Positions 25,256-34,052 of a stretch of DNA of 64,000 nucleotides are shown one piece after another. This DNA is from Candidatus Aminicenantales bacterium (GTDB lineage Bacteria > Acidobacteriota > Aminicenantia > Aminicenantales > Saccharicenantaceae). The stretch is taken from contig JBEKXF010000004.1 of the NCBI GenBank assembly GCA_049512315.1, forward strand, positions 89,144 through 153,143, written 5' to 3'. How positions within the stretch are numbered: position 1 is the first letter of the stretch; every line of letters starts with the position of its first letter. A program made the translations under genes and the position numbers. A model generated the notes under the pieces. It had not been told where the DNA came from, did no database searches, and was given only the letters and a program-made list of their open reading frames with translations.

Positions 25256-25579
25256 CTAATCCGTGTGGAAGACTTCTTCCATCCCCGCCCACCAGTCGCC
25301 CTCGGCCCGGCCCGGGACGGGCTCCTGCATGGGCATCGTGATCTTCCACCACTCCTGCGTCTTGGGGTCGGCGGCCATCTTGGCCATGTCGGAGGCGTAG
25401 TCTTTGCCGCGATATTCGAAATAGGCAAAGAGGAGGCCTTGCCAGTGGAAGATCGAATAGTTATGGACATGGCACCGGCGGATGGTCTCTAGGACCTCCG
25501 GCCAGACCTTGGCGTGATAGACTCTGTATTCCTCGAACTTCTCCGGCTTGATCCGGATGAGCTGTCCGTATCGTTTCAT
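25256..25579 (-). CDS. L-rhamnose mutarotase family protein
   Basis: YHAKVWPEV, HNYSIF, LFAYFEY, TQEWW, MEEVFH. Confidence 0.88.
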   Translation of the reverse strand: MKRYGQLIRIKPEKFEEYRVYHAKVWPEVLETIRRCHVHNYSIFHWQGLLFAYFEYRGKDYASDMAKMAADPKTQEWWKITMPMQEPVPGRAEGDWWAGMEEVFHTD

Positions 25580-25618
25580 GTGCGCCTCCTATTCAGGGTC
25601 CCAGCCCCGATGTCCGTC

Positions 25619-26944
25619 TTATTTCGCGGCGGTCGGCCCGTCGAGCCCGAGCTTCACGATCGTGTCGAGCTTGTCCTGCTTGTCCGCCGGCATCCGGATG
25701 ATGATACCGTCCCCCGTCTGCTCGATCTTCGCCTCGCCCCCGGTCAGGACGTTGCTCGAGACGATCTTCGCCTTCAGGGCCGGCAGCCTGAGCGAATCCC
25801 CGTCCCACTTGAGGACGTGAACGTAGGCGATATTCCCTTTATGCGTCATCCCGCCCCAGGCGCCGTTCCTGACCGGGCCGCCGCGCGTGCCGTAGATCGT
25901 TTCCCCGTACTTGCCGAGCCAGGCGCCGATGCCCTTGAGCACCTCCACCTGCCGGGGCTCGATCTCGCCGCTGGGCATGGGGCCGACGTTGAGCAGGAGA
26001 TTCCCGCCTCCGGTCGCGCACTGGACGAGGATGCGAACGCACTCGTCTATGGACTTTATTTTGTCGTCGGGCTGCCACGACCACTGCGTGCCGATGGTCA
26101 TGCACGTCTCCCAAGGTTTCTCGAGGTCGAATTCGCCGACCCGCTGCTCGGGCGTCGCGTAATCGGCCTCCGGGCCGACGCGCTGGACCTTGTAATCATC
26201 CATGGTGCCCATGTCCAACCGGTTGTTGATGATGATCCGGGGCTGAAGTGACCGGACGATCGCGTAGGTCTTCTCCTGGTCCCAGGGGGCCGGGCCGCCG
26301 TCCGTGTCGAACCATAGCCGGTCGATGCGCCCGTAGTTGCCGAGCAGCTCGCGCAGGTGGCCCTGCATTCGAGCGACATAGGCGGCGTTCCTGTCCGTCC
26401 GGCAATCCGGGTCACGCCAGTCCATCGGGGAGTAATACCAGCCGATTTTCATATCCGCGTTATGGGCGGCGGCCGCCAGTTCCCCGCAGATGTCGCGCTT
26501 GAAAGGGGAGCGGCCGATGTTGTAGTCGTCGACCTTCGACGGCCAGAGGCAGAATCCGTCGCAGTGCTTGGCCGTGAGGATCATGTACTTCATGCCGGCC
26601 GCCCGGGCGATGGCCACCCATTCCTGGGCGTTGAACTTGACCGGGTTGAACTGCTTATAGAGGTTGTCGTAGATCTCGACAGGGATCTCACCCTTGCCCT
26701 CGATGCCGCGCCGCTGCCCGCCGCGCGACCAGCTGATCTCGGTCCCCTTCAGGCTGATCGGGCCCCAGTGGATGAACATGCCGAAATGCATGTCCTGCCA
26801 ATCCTTGAACGCGGCCTGGTTGGCCTTCGGCTTCGGACCGGTGCCGCTGCCCACGGCGACTTGCGCGGAGATGACCGCGTTCCCTGCGATGAGCAAGAGA
26901 AACAAAAGCAAAAAACGGTGGTTCGCGAAGGACCGAATTTTCAT
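25619..26944 (-). CDS. Alpha-L-fucosidase (GH29)
   Basis: Signal peptide; FGMFIHWG, KHCDGFCLW, YYSPMDW, LWFD, WETC, GGNLLLNVGP. Confidence 0.93.
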   Translation of the reverse strand: MKIRSFANHRFLLLFLLLIAGNAVISAQVAVGSGTGPKPKANQAAFKDWQDMHFGMFIHWGPISLKGTEISWSRGGQRRGIEGKGEIPVEIYDNLYKQFNPVKFNAQEWVAIARAAGMKYMILTAKHCDGFCLWPSKVDDYNIGRSPFKRDICGELAAAAHNADMKIGWYYSPMDWRDPDCRTDRNAAYVARMQGHLRELLGNYGRIDRLWFDTDGGPAPWDQEKTYAIVRSLQPRIIINNRLDMGTMDDYKVQRVGPEADYATPEQRVGEFDLEKPWETCMTIGTQWSWQPDDKIKSIDECVRILVQCATGGGNLLLNVGPMPSGEIEPRQVEVLKGIGAWLGKYGETIYGTRGGPVRNGAWGGMTHKGNIAYVHVLKWDGDSLRLPALKAKIVSSNVLTGGEAKIEQTGDGIIIRMPADKQDKLDTIVKLGLDGPTAAK

Positions 26945-27105
26945 GACCGTTCCCTCCCCCTAGCAGATTCCCCGGCTATAGTCATTGATGGCCTGTGTGT
27001 GTCGGATTTTATAACAAATCCGGCTTCCATGAACAGGGGAGAATAGGCCCGGGAGGGCATTCCCCGTCATATTTGCCGCCCGCGCAAAGAGGGGAATCGA
27101 ATATC

Positions 27106-28071
27106 CTACTTGCCCACGAGGTGCGAGACCGGGACGGCCTCCAGGTTGTACTTCTCGAACAGGCGGAAGCTCGATTTCAGGACCTGGACGGTTTCCGGGA
27201 AAGGATGGCAGATGCCGACGGCCTTCCCCTTTTTCTGGGCCGTTTTGAAAAGCTCGATAAGCCGGCCCCTGATGCGACTCCTGTCCGCGTCCGCGTCCAG
27301 GAAGACATCTCTCTTGAGCGCGGGAATGCCCATCCCGAGCGCTTCGTCGTAAGCCACGGTCTGGGCCGTCGTCCGGCTGTCCACGAAGAGCAGGCCCTTG
27401 TCCTTCATCGGCGCGAGGAGCATCCGCATCAGCGTCGCGTCTGCCGTGAACTTCGAGCCCATGTGATTGTTGACGCCGTCGACGAAGGGGACGCGGGCGA
27501 GGCTCGTCTCGAAGGCCTGGACGATCTCGTTGGGGCTCATCGCGGCCATGATCATCCCCTCGGTGTCAGTCGCGGCGTCGTGGTTGTTCAGGGACTCGAG
27601 GGGCAGGTGGAGAAGCACTTCGAGGCCGTTCTCGTGGGCGAGACGAGCCGTCTCCTGGGCATATTGGCTATAGGGGAGGACCGAGACTGTTATCGGCTCC
27701 TTCAAGCTGAGGATGTCATTGAGCACCTCGAGGCTGTTGCCCATGTCGTCGACGATGAGCGCCACGTAGCCCCGGATGCGCTTCTTCGCTGGCGGCGGTT
27801 CCTTGAGGGTGGGCGTCGGTTCGGCCTTGGGCTTGGTCGCCGCGGGCGCTGCCTCAGGCGTCAAGACCGGTCCCGCCGGGAGCTTGACCTCGGGCCCGGC
27901 GGCGGGCTTTGCTTCCGGGGCCGCGAAGAGGTAGGACCGTTCGCCCTTCCGCGAATTCATGTAATCGAGGGTCACGACCGAAACGACCGCCGCGCCCAGC
28001 ATGATGGCCGTGATCAGGTTGAAGGTCGGCCAGGGCTCGCTTCCTTTTTTCGGCGGCGGCTTGTTGATCAT
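27106..28071 (-). CDS. Divergent polysaccharide deacetylase (YibQ family)
   Basis: ALIVDDMG, LLHLPLE, GVNNHMGS, FVDSRT, RDVFLD, GICHP. Confidence 0.92.
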   Translation of the reverse strand: MINKPPPKKGSEPWPTFNLITAIMLGAAVVSVVTLDYMNSRKGERSYLFAAPEAKPAAGPEVKLPAGPVLTPEAAPAATKPKAEPTPTLKEPPPAKKRIRGYVALIVDDMGNSLEVLNDILSLKEPITVSVLPYSQYAQETARLAHENGLEVLLHLPLESLNNHDAATDTEGMIMAAMSPNEIVQAFETSLARVPFVDGVNNHMGSKFTADATLMRMLLAPMKDKGLLFVDSRTTAQTVAYDEALGMGIPALKRDVFLDADADRSRIRGRLIELFKTAQKKGKAVGICHPFPETVQVLKSSFRLFEKYNLEAVPVSHLVGK

Positions 28072-28074
28072 CCG

Positions 28075-29232
28075 TCAGAGCTTGGGGAGGAGGGGAAGGG
28101 TTTTCTGGAAATACGCCTTGTCGCTCTGATCCGTGACCGGGATGGTGACGTCGGGACTCAGTCCCTGGCCCCAAAGCGAACGCCCCGACGGCAGGGAAAA
28201 GACTTCTCGGACGAGGATGATCGAACTTTCATCCTTCAGGGGGAAGCTTTCCGTCATGGCGACGACACCGGGCGTGGGCAGGCCGAGGACCTTGGCTTTC
28301 CGGACTTCCTGGAGGACTCCGGCGACGAACTCGGCGGGGCCGATCGTGGCCGGGCCGGCCCAGACCGCGACGGGGACCGCGCCCAGCGCGGCCTCGGCGG
28401 GGCAGGCGACGGACTCCTTAGCCCCGCCCCGCTTCTCGAAAGAACCCACGGCGGCCGCCTTGAGGAAGAGATTGGCGAATGCCCGCGCCTCCTCGAAGTC
28501 CCCGTCCGGGCAATTCCGGAGGTCGAGGATGAGCGGTTTCTTCTTGCTCTTGAGGGCCGGCAGGACGCTCTTCCTGATCTCGGCCGCGAGCGAGCGCGAA
28601 AAATCATGAATGCTCAGGATCGCCGGCTGTCCCGGCGCGGACGAGAAAGCCCAGGCGCGCGGGAAGAGATGGGCCCGCGGCAGGGAGAGCTCGCGGGCCT
28701 CGTTGCCCCTGAGGATCTTGACTTGGACGGGCTTTTCGTCCGTCCCGCCGAGGAGGAGGTTGACCTCGGTCAGGCTCATGCTCAGCGTGTTGTGGTGGCC
28801 GATGGCGCTCACCAGGTCCCCGAGCTTGACCTCGGCTTTGTCCCCGGGCGAGCCCGGGACGACCCCGACGACCTGTGGGAACGTGCCGTATCTCTTGAAG
28901 ACGATGAGGCCAGGGCCCGTGTCCCCGCTCGTCCGGGCGGCGTATCGCGCCGTGAGATCTTTATTGAGGTAGCTCGAGAGCGGGTCGAGCGAATTGACGA
29001 TGCCCCGGTAGGTGCCCTCCGCCGTCTGGACGGGGTCGCGCTCATCGAGGTAATCGTTCCGGATGAGGTCCATGAGGACATCCACGAGCTGGAAACCCTT
29101 GGGCCAGGAGCCGCGCTGGGACTTCCCGGGGAGGATCCTCGTCTGGACGAGGAAGAACAGAAGGGCGGCCACGAAGACCGTCAGCAGGACCAGGCGGTAT
29201 CTCGGGATCTTCATTTTAAAATGGACATCCAT
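28075..29232 (-). CDS. S41/CtpA-like PDZ protein, catalytic residues substituted
   Basis: LDPLSSY, PDZ, ILDLRNCPDG (cf. DLRxNPGG); TIGPAE in place of SASASE, GVV in place of GKG. Confidence 0.8.
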   Translation of the reverse strand: MDVHFKMKIPRYRLVLLTVFVAALLFFLVQTRILPGKSQRGSWPKGFQLVDVLMDLIRNDYLDERDPVQTAEGTYRGIVNSLDPLSSYLNKDLTARYAARTSGDTGPGLIVFKRYGTFPQVVGVVPGSPGDKAEVKLGDLVSAIGHHNTLSMSLTEVNLLLGGTDEKPVQVKILRGNEARELSLPRAHLFPRAWAFSSAPGQPAILSIHDFSRSLAAEIRKSVLPALKSKKKPLILDLRNCPDGDFEEARAFANLFLKAAAVGSFEKRGGAKESVACPAEAALGAVPVAVWAGPATIGPAEFVAGVLQEVRKAKVLGLPTPGVVAMTESFPLKDESSIILVREVFSLPSGRSLWGQGLSPDVTIPVTDQSDKAYFQKTLPLLPKL

Positions 29233-29236
29233 TTTA

Positions 29237-30442
29237 TCACCTTCGTTTCAGCCATTGCAAGGGATCGAGGGCCTTGGTCTTGTACCGGACCTCGAAGTAA
29301 AGGCACTCCCCGTTGAGGGACCCGGAATCCCCGACCAGGGCGACGGGCTGGTCCGCCCGCACCATGTCCCCGACGTTCACCAGGAACTGCGAGCAGTGGC
29401 CGTAGAGGGTGTAGTAGGTCATGCCGTGGTCCAGGATGAGGAGGTTCCCGTAGCCCTGGAAGTAGTCGGCGAAGGCGACCTTGCCCGCGTGGACGGCCAG
29501 GATGAGGGATTTGTCCTTGGCCGGGGCGATCTCGACGCCGTTGTTCATGACGATCGTGTTGAAGCGCGGGTGTCTCTGCAGGCCGAAGGATGTGATGACC
29601 CTGCCTTCCAGGGGCCAGGGAAGCTTCCCGCGCCGCTCGTAGAGGGGGACGAAGGCCGAAGGCAGGGCCCATTGTTCATCGGCGATCTTCTTCATCATGA
29701 CCTGGAGCTGCTCGGCGCTGTCGCGGAGTTCCCGGATGGCCTGCTCGTGGGTCTGCCGGTTCCTCCGGATCTCCTGGACGAGATCGGAGTACTTCCGCTG
29801 CTCCGCCTCGAGCTCCTGCTTCTTGAGGCTGGTTTCACGGAGGATCTCGGCGACGTCCTTCTTTTTCGCGGCCAGGCGGCCCTCGGCCTCGCCAAACTCC
29901 GCAAGGGTCTTGAGGTAGGCCGCGACCGTGTCTTCCTGGTAGCGGGCGAGGAGCGTCAGGCGCTTGCTTTCCGTGGTGTAGGCCTCGAAGTCCCGGGCCT
30001 GGAGCATGAAGTGGAAGAAATTCAGCCGGCCGAACTTGTAGAGCGTCACCAGCGTTTTCTCGATGGCGGCGTTGTCCCTTTCGAGGTTGGCCTTGAGGTC
30101 GCGGACGTTCCCCTGGATCCCGTTGAGCTCGGCCCGGGCCTTCTCCATCTGGACATTCCAGGCCGCGATCTCCCGCTCGACGAGGGCCTTGTTGAGGTTG
30201 ATCCGGGCCAGGTTCGAAAGGACGGACGATTCCTTGAGGGCCTCGGCCTCGATCTTGCCCCGGAGCTCGCTGATCTGCCCGTTGATCTTGGCCAGGCGCT
30301 TCTCGAAGTCCGAGAGGTCCTGTTTCGGAGCGGAGGATTGGGCGAGAAGGAGTCCGAGACCGGCCAGAAGGGCCAGGGTGAGGGCAGGGGCGAGGACGGA
30401 TGAGTGAGTGAGGGGGCCTGCGAGCGGACGATAAACTCTCAT
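29237..30442 (-). CDS. envC: Murein hydrolase activator EnvC (coiled coil + degenerate M23)
   Basis: Long coiled coil; GKLPWPLEG, NNGVEI, GYGNLLILDHG, LYFEVR. Confidence 0.85.
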   Translation of the reverse strand: MRVYRPLAGPLTHSSVLAPALTLALLAGLGLLLAQSSAPKQDLSDFEKRLAKINGQISELRGKIEAEALKESSVLSNLARINLNKALVEREIAAWNVQMEKARAELNGIQGNVRDLKANLERDNAAIEKTLVTLYKFGRLNFFHFMLQARDFEAYTTESKRLTLLARYQEDTVAAYLKTLAEFGEAEGRLAAKKKDVAEILRETSLKKQELEAEQRKYSDLVQEIRRNRQTHEQAIRELRDSAEQLQVMMKKIADEQWALPSAFVPLYERRGKLPWPLEGRVITSFGLQRHPRFNTIVMNNGVEIAPAKDKSLILAVHAGKVAFADYFQGYGNLLILDHGMTYYTLYGHCSQFLVNVGDMVRADQPVALVGDSGSLNGECLYFEVRYKTKALDPLQWLKRR

Positions 30443-30491
30443 TATCTTATTTATAGCATAAATGGGAGACGATGATGAAGACCGCTTCCCT

Positions 30492-30519
30492 TTGCGTTCT
30501 GCTGGAGCTGTGCTATAAT
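30492..30519 (+). promoter_or_regulatory. Extended -10 promoter (element 1 / GT9)
   Basis: TTGCGT-16-TATAAT with TG (TGCTATAAT 30511-30519). Confidence 0.7.
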
Positions 30520-30524
30520 TTAAT

Positions 30525-30610
30525 CAAGTTTTCTTTCGCCGGCTGGAGAAAACTTCAATCCACCAATGAATCATTTTTCCCTTTTTCTGCTGTTCATTAA
30601 AAGAGCCGGC
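30525..30610 (+). ncRNA. Candidate structured RNA, copy 1 (hairpin + pseudoknot)
   Basis: Stem AAGTTTTCT/AGAAAACTT, loop CGCCGGCT, second stem AATGAA/TTCATT, 3' AGCCGGC complementary to loop; related copy at 31918. Confidence 0.6.
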
Positions 30611-30663
30611 ATAGTCGTTGGCGGGCGCGATTAGCGGCGCGACATGACGGACATATCGCTTCA

Positions 30664-31773
30664 ATGAAAACGAAATCGCGGGCGATCCTCTTCCGCATCG
30701 GCGGCCTGGGAGACCTCCTCGCCGCCCTTCCCGCGATCTCCCTCGTGCGCAGGAGTCTTCCCGGGTTCTCTCTGAGCCTTGCTGGACGTCCGGAATACGG
30801 CGGGCTCCTTGAACGGGCGGGGCTCGTGGACGAGGTCCTTTCCTTTGAGGACGCCCGGATGGCGGCGTTATTCGCGGGCGGAGGTCCATCCGGTCCCGGC
30901 GTCGATGAAAAAAGTAAAATCAGTACAAGGAGAACCGCGCCGCTGGACGGTTTTGAGCTGGCCGTGGGCTGGTTGAACCGGCCCGGCCATTGGCCCGCCG
31001 ATGATTGGTGGGCCGGGCAGGGGATCGAGCGAGCGTTATTCGTGCCCTACGAGAACGGCGCTGCCGTGCCAATGAGCCGCTTCTTTTTCGACCGTACTCG
31101 CGACTTTTTGAACACTTACGGAATAAAGGCCCAAGTCGTTAGCGTTTCTTCCAGCGCAGGGGCTGTCGGAGCGTTCGCTGCAAGCCGGGATTTCGCCGCT
31201 AACGCCACTGATATGCCTGCCTTCGATCCGGCCGCGCCCGATCCCGATAGGCTCTTCGACGACTGCGCCCGCCTGCCTCTCCCGGGCGGCCTCAGAAAAA
31301 AAGCCCTCGATGACCTCCGCCTCCGGGAGCTCGGGAAGAGCGAACAGCGGCTCGTCGTCCATCCCGGAAGCGGCGGCCGCGCCAAGCGCTGGCCGCTCCC
31401 GAGCTTCATCGAGGTCATTCGCCGGACCGCCTCGCTCGGCCTGGAGGGAGTCCTCGTCACCGGGGAGGCCGAAGCCGATCTCGAAGCGCCACTCCAGGCA
31501 TTTTCGCTCCCCGCCGGTTGGACGCGAGCCTCGCGTCTTCCGGCCGATACGCTGGCGGGTCTCCTCGCGGGGTCGACTCATTATCTCGGCAACGACTCCG
31601 GGCCAACGCACCTCGCTGCGGCCTGCGGCTCGTCTGTCCTCGCCCTTTTCCGCGAGGATAACCTGCCGGCCTGGCGACCGTTCGGAAGGACGCGCCTTAT
31701 GGCTGCTCCATCTATGCCGGAGATCCCGCTCGACAGCGTCCTGGCCGCGCTTGACGGTTTTTTCGCCTCATAG
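30664..31773 (+). CDS. Glycosyltransferase family 9 (heptosyltransferase-like)
   Basis: RIGGLGDLL, VVHPGSG..AKRWP, YLGNDSGPTHLAAA. Confidence 0.9.
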   Translation: MKTKSRAILFRIGGLGDLLAALPAISLVRRSLPGFSLSLAGRPEYGGLLERAGLVDEVLSFEDARMAALFAGGGPSGPGVDEKSKISTRRTAPLDGFELAVGWLNRPGHWPADDWWAGQGIERALFVPYENGAAVPMSRFFFDRTRDFLNTYGIKAQVVSVSSSAGAVGAFAASRDFAANATDMPAFDPAAPDPDRLFDDCARLPLPGGLRKKALDDLRLRELGKSEQRLVVHPGSGGRAKRWPLPSFIEVIRRTASLGLEGVLVTGEAEADLEAPLQAFSLPAGWTRASRLPADTLAGLLAGSTHYLGNDSGPTHLAAACGSSVLALFREDNLPAWRPFGRTRLMAAPSMPEIPLDSVLAALDGFFAS

Positions 31774-31860
31774 AGATGCCGGCAAGGCGACAATCCTACT
31801 CATCCACCCTGCGCTCGTCATTCCCCACATCTTGTGGCCGCGGCGCCGCCCACAAAAAAA

Positions 31861-31911
31861 GTGTTTTTTCTTGTATTTTTTGTTTGCAATATCTTTCGGC
31901 TCTGGTATAAT
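31861..31911 (+). promoter_or_regulatory. Strong promoter with T-rich UP-like element (element 2)
   Basis: T-rich 31861-31883, TTGCAA (31884-31889)-16-TATAAT (31906-31911), extended TG. Confidence 0.72.
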
Positions 31912-31917
31912 GATACC

Positions 31918-31992
31918 GGCTCTCTTTGGCCGGCTGGAGAGGGCTCCCTCAAAAAACTAATCATCACCCCCCTTTTGCTGACCTCAGCCGGC
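31918..31992 (+). ncRNA. Candidate structured RNA, copy 2 (hairpin + pseudoknot)
   Basis: Stem GGCTCTCT/AGAGGGCT, loop GGCCGGCT, AATCA...CCCTTTT..GCTG, 3' AGCCGGC; same architecture as copy 1. Confidence 0.6.
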
Positions 31993-32052
31993 ACCTCACC
32001 CCCCCCCCGGGTGCCTCGCGCACAAATCCGCGTTTTCCGAGCCGCGCGTTTG

Positions 32053-32061
32053 TGATATGAT
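32053..32061 (+). promoter_or_regulatory. Extended -10 for the 32091 gene
   Basis: TGATATGAT about 30 nt upstream of ATG. Confidence 0.5.
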
Positions 32062-32090
32062 ACCGGCGAAATCCCCGGAGCTGGACAAAG

Positions 32091-32555
32091 ATGGGAAATA
32101 AAGACTGGAAGACGGAACTGAAGAATCATTTCGAGAACATGCGCATCCTGGAAAAATGCCAGGCGGAAACGCTCATCCACTTCGAGCAGTTCTGCGAGTT
32201 CATCGTCGAGCCCGCCTTCGAAGCGCTCGTGGAAGAGATCGCTTCGTTCGGCGTGAAAGCCCGGATCCAGAAAGCGAAGGGCCGCGACATCCGCCTCAGC
32301 CTTTCTTTTCCCGGCCGCAAGGACGAGCAGTTCCACTACAAGATCTCGATCCCCAGCAACTCGGTCGAGCTCCGGCTGGCCCTGGTGACCAAGGGGCGGA
32401 AGAACCTGACGTCGGACTACAAGACAACGGAAGAGGCGTTCATGCCGGACCTGAGCCCCGCCGAAGTCCTCAAGCTGACCAAGGACGACGTCATCCTCGA
32501 CGTCCTCGAGCATTACCGCAACTTCAGCTACGAAGCCCTGACCTCGCCCGATTGA
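32091..32555 (+). CDS. Hypothetical protein (154 aa)
   Basis: Host-like codon usage, SD-like GGAG upstream; no family recognised. Confidence 0.75.
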   Translation: MGNKDWKTELKNHFENMRILEKCQAETLIHFEQFCEFIVEPAFEALVEEIASFGVKARIQKAKGRDIRLSLSFPGRKDEQFHYKISIPSNSVELRLALVTKGRKNLTSDYKTTEEAFMPDLSPAEVLKLTKDDVILDVLEHYRNFSYEALTSPD

Positions 32556-32571
32556 CGGGCCGGACCGGTCC

Positions 32572-33969
32572 ATGGGTCCACAGCGAAAAGGTCTTCCCGC
32601 CAAACTCCTCACGCTAATCCTGAACATCGGCGTCGACCCCCGGGATTCCGAGTACATCCGCCTCATCAAGAGGATCTGGTATGTCGCCACGGCCGTCTCC
32701 CTGCCCGTGAGCCTCTCCTTCACGGTCAGCGAATTCGCGAGCGGACACACAGTCAGCGCCGCCGGGTTCCTCCTATCTTTTTTCCTCTTCCTAGCGGTCC
32801 TCGTGGACGGCGCTAGGCGTCCGGGGCATTTCGAACGCAACGCCCTCTATATCCTCGCGTATTTTGTCGTAGGCCCGGCCGTCATGACCGTTGCGTTGGG
32901 AGGTGTTTGGCGCTCTCAGGGTGCCATCATGATCGGGCTCCTCGGTCCTCTCTTCGCCCTGCTCTTTCCCGCGAGACGCCGGGCGTTTTATCTTTTCGGA
33001 ATATACGCGGCTCTTGTTCTGGTGATAGGCGTTTTTTGGCCCTTTCCCCTCGAGCGGGGTTCGTCGCCGCTCGGACTGAACCCGTTCCAATTCTGGTTCG
33101 GCTTCCTCATCCTCCTCGGATTCATTTTCGGAGGCATGTATTTTTTCGTTGTCCAGCGCGAAAAGGCCCATATCCTCCTGGGGCTGGAGAAAGAGAAGTC
33201 CGAGAGTCTCCTCCGGCGGATCGAGAAGGACTTGACCCAGGCGGCCGAGATCCAGAAACGCCTGCTCCCCGGGGACAATCCGCGGTTCGAGGGCTTCGAC
33301 ATCGCCGGGGCGAATATCCCGTGCTATGAGGTGGGAGGCGACTATTACGATTTCGTGCCCATCGACGCCGACCGGCTGGGTATCGTCATCGCCGACGTTT
33401 CGGGGAAAGGGATCAGCGCCTCGCTCCTGATGGCCTCGCTCCGGGCGGCGCTCCTGGCCGAAGTTCGGGCGGATTTCGACGTGGCAGGCATGACGGGGCG
33501 CCTCAACGATTTCGTCCACAGGAGCACGGACTCGGCAAGCTTCATCACCTTTTTCTTCGGCGCGCTCGACCGCCGGACCGGGGAGCTCCGCTATGTCAAC
33601 GCCGGCCACAATCCGCCTTTCATCGTCCGGAGGTCCGGCGGGATCTCGGACCTCGGCACGTCGGGTTTAGCCCTGGGGATGTTTCCCGGCACGCGCTACG
33701 AGTCCAGGACAGAGTGGCTGGAGGCGGGGGACACCGCAGTCCTGTTCACGGACGGAATCGTCGAGGCCCGGAACGGGGAAGGGAAGGAGTTCACGGAAGA
33801 AAGGTTCCGCGAGGCCGTCGCGCGTAGCCGGGACCTTCCGGCCGGCGAGCTCCGCCGGAGAGTCCTCGAGGACGCCCGCTCCTTCGCGGCCACCGGGCAG
33901 CCGTGCGACGACATCACCCTCGTCGTCGTCAAGAAAACGGGCGCGGGCGACCCCGCCCTGCTGAAGTAA
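32572..33969 (+). CDS. Membrane PP2C-family (SpoIIE/RsbU) phosphatase
   Basis: About 6 TM helices; EVGGDYYDF, IADVSGKG, YVNAGHNPP, LFTDG, DDIT. Confidence 0.92.
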   Translation: MGPQRKGLPAKLLTLILNIGVDPRDSEYIRLIKRIWYVATAVSLPVSLSFTVSEFASGHTVSAAGFLLSFFLFLAVLVDGARRPGHFERNALYILAYFVVGPAVMTVALGGVWRSQGAIMIGLLGPLFALLFPARRRAFYLFGIYAALVLVIGVFWPFPLERGSSPLGLNPFQFWFGFLILLGFIFGGMYFFVVQREKAHILLGLEKEKSESLLRRIEKDLTQAAEIQKRLLPGDNPRFEGFDIAGANIPCYEVGGDYYDFVPIDADRLGIVIADVSGKGISASLLMASLRAALLAEVRADFDVAGMTGRLNDFVHRSTDSASFITFFFGALDRRTGELRYVNAGHNPPFIVRRSGGISDLGTSGLALGMFPGTRYESRTEWLEAGDTAVLFTDGIVEARNGEGKEFTEERFREAVARSRDLPAGELRRRVLEDARSFAATGQPCDDITLVVVKKTGAGDPALLK

Positions 33970-34052
33970 CTCTATTTCAGCCGCTTGAAAATTTCCCTTC
34001 GCAGGTGGTAAATTGATGCCGGGCGGATTACCTCTGAGGAGACCCGGCCACA

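Noticed and set aside
30525-30610. Assignment of the RNA element to fluoride, ZTP, c-di-GMP-II or pistol classes
   Set aside because: Topology is partly similar but the signature nucleotides of those classes are absent
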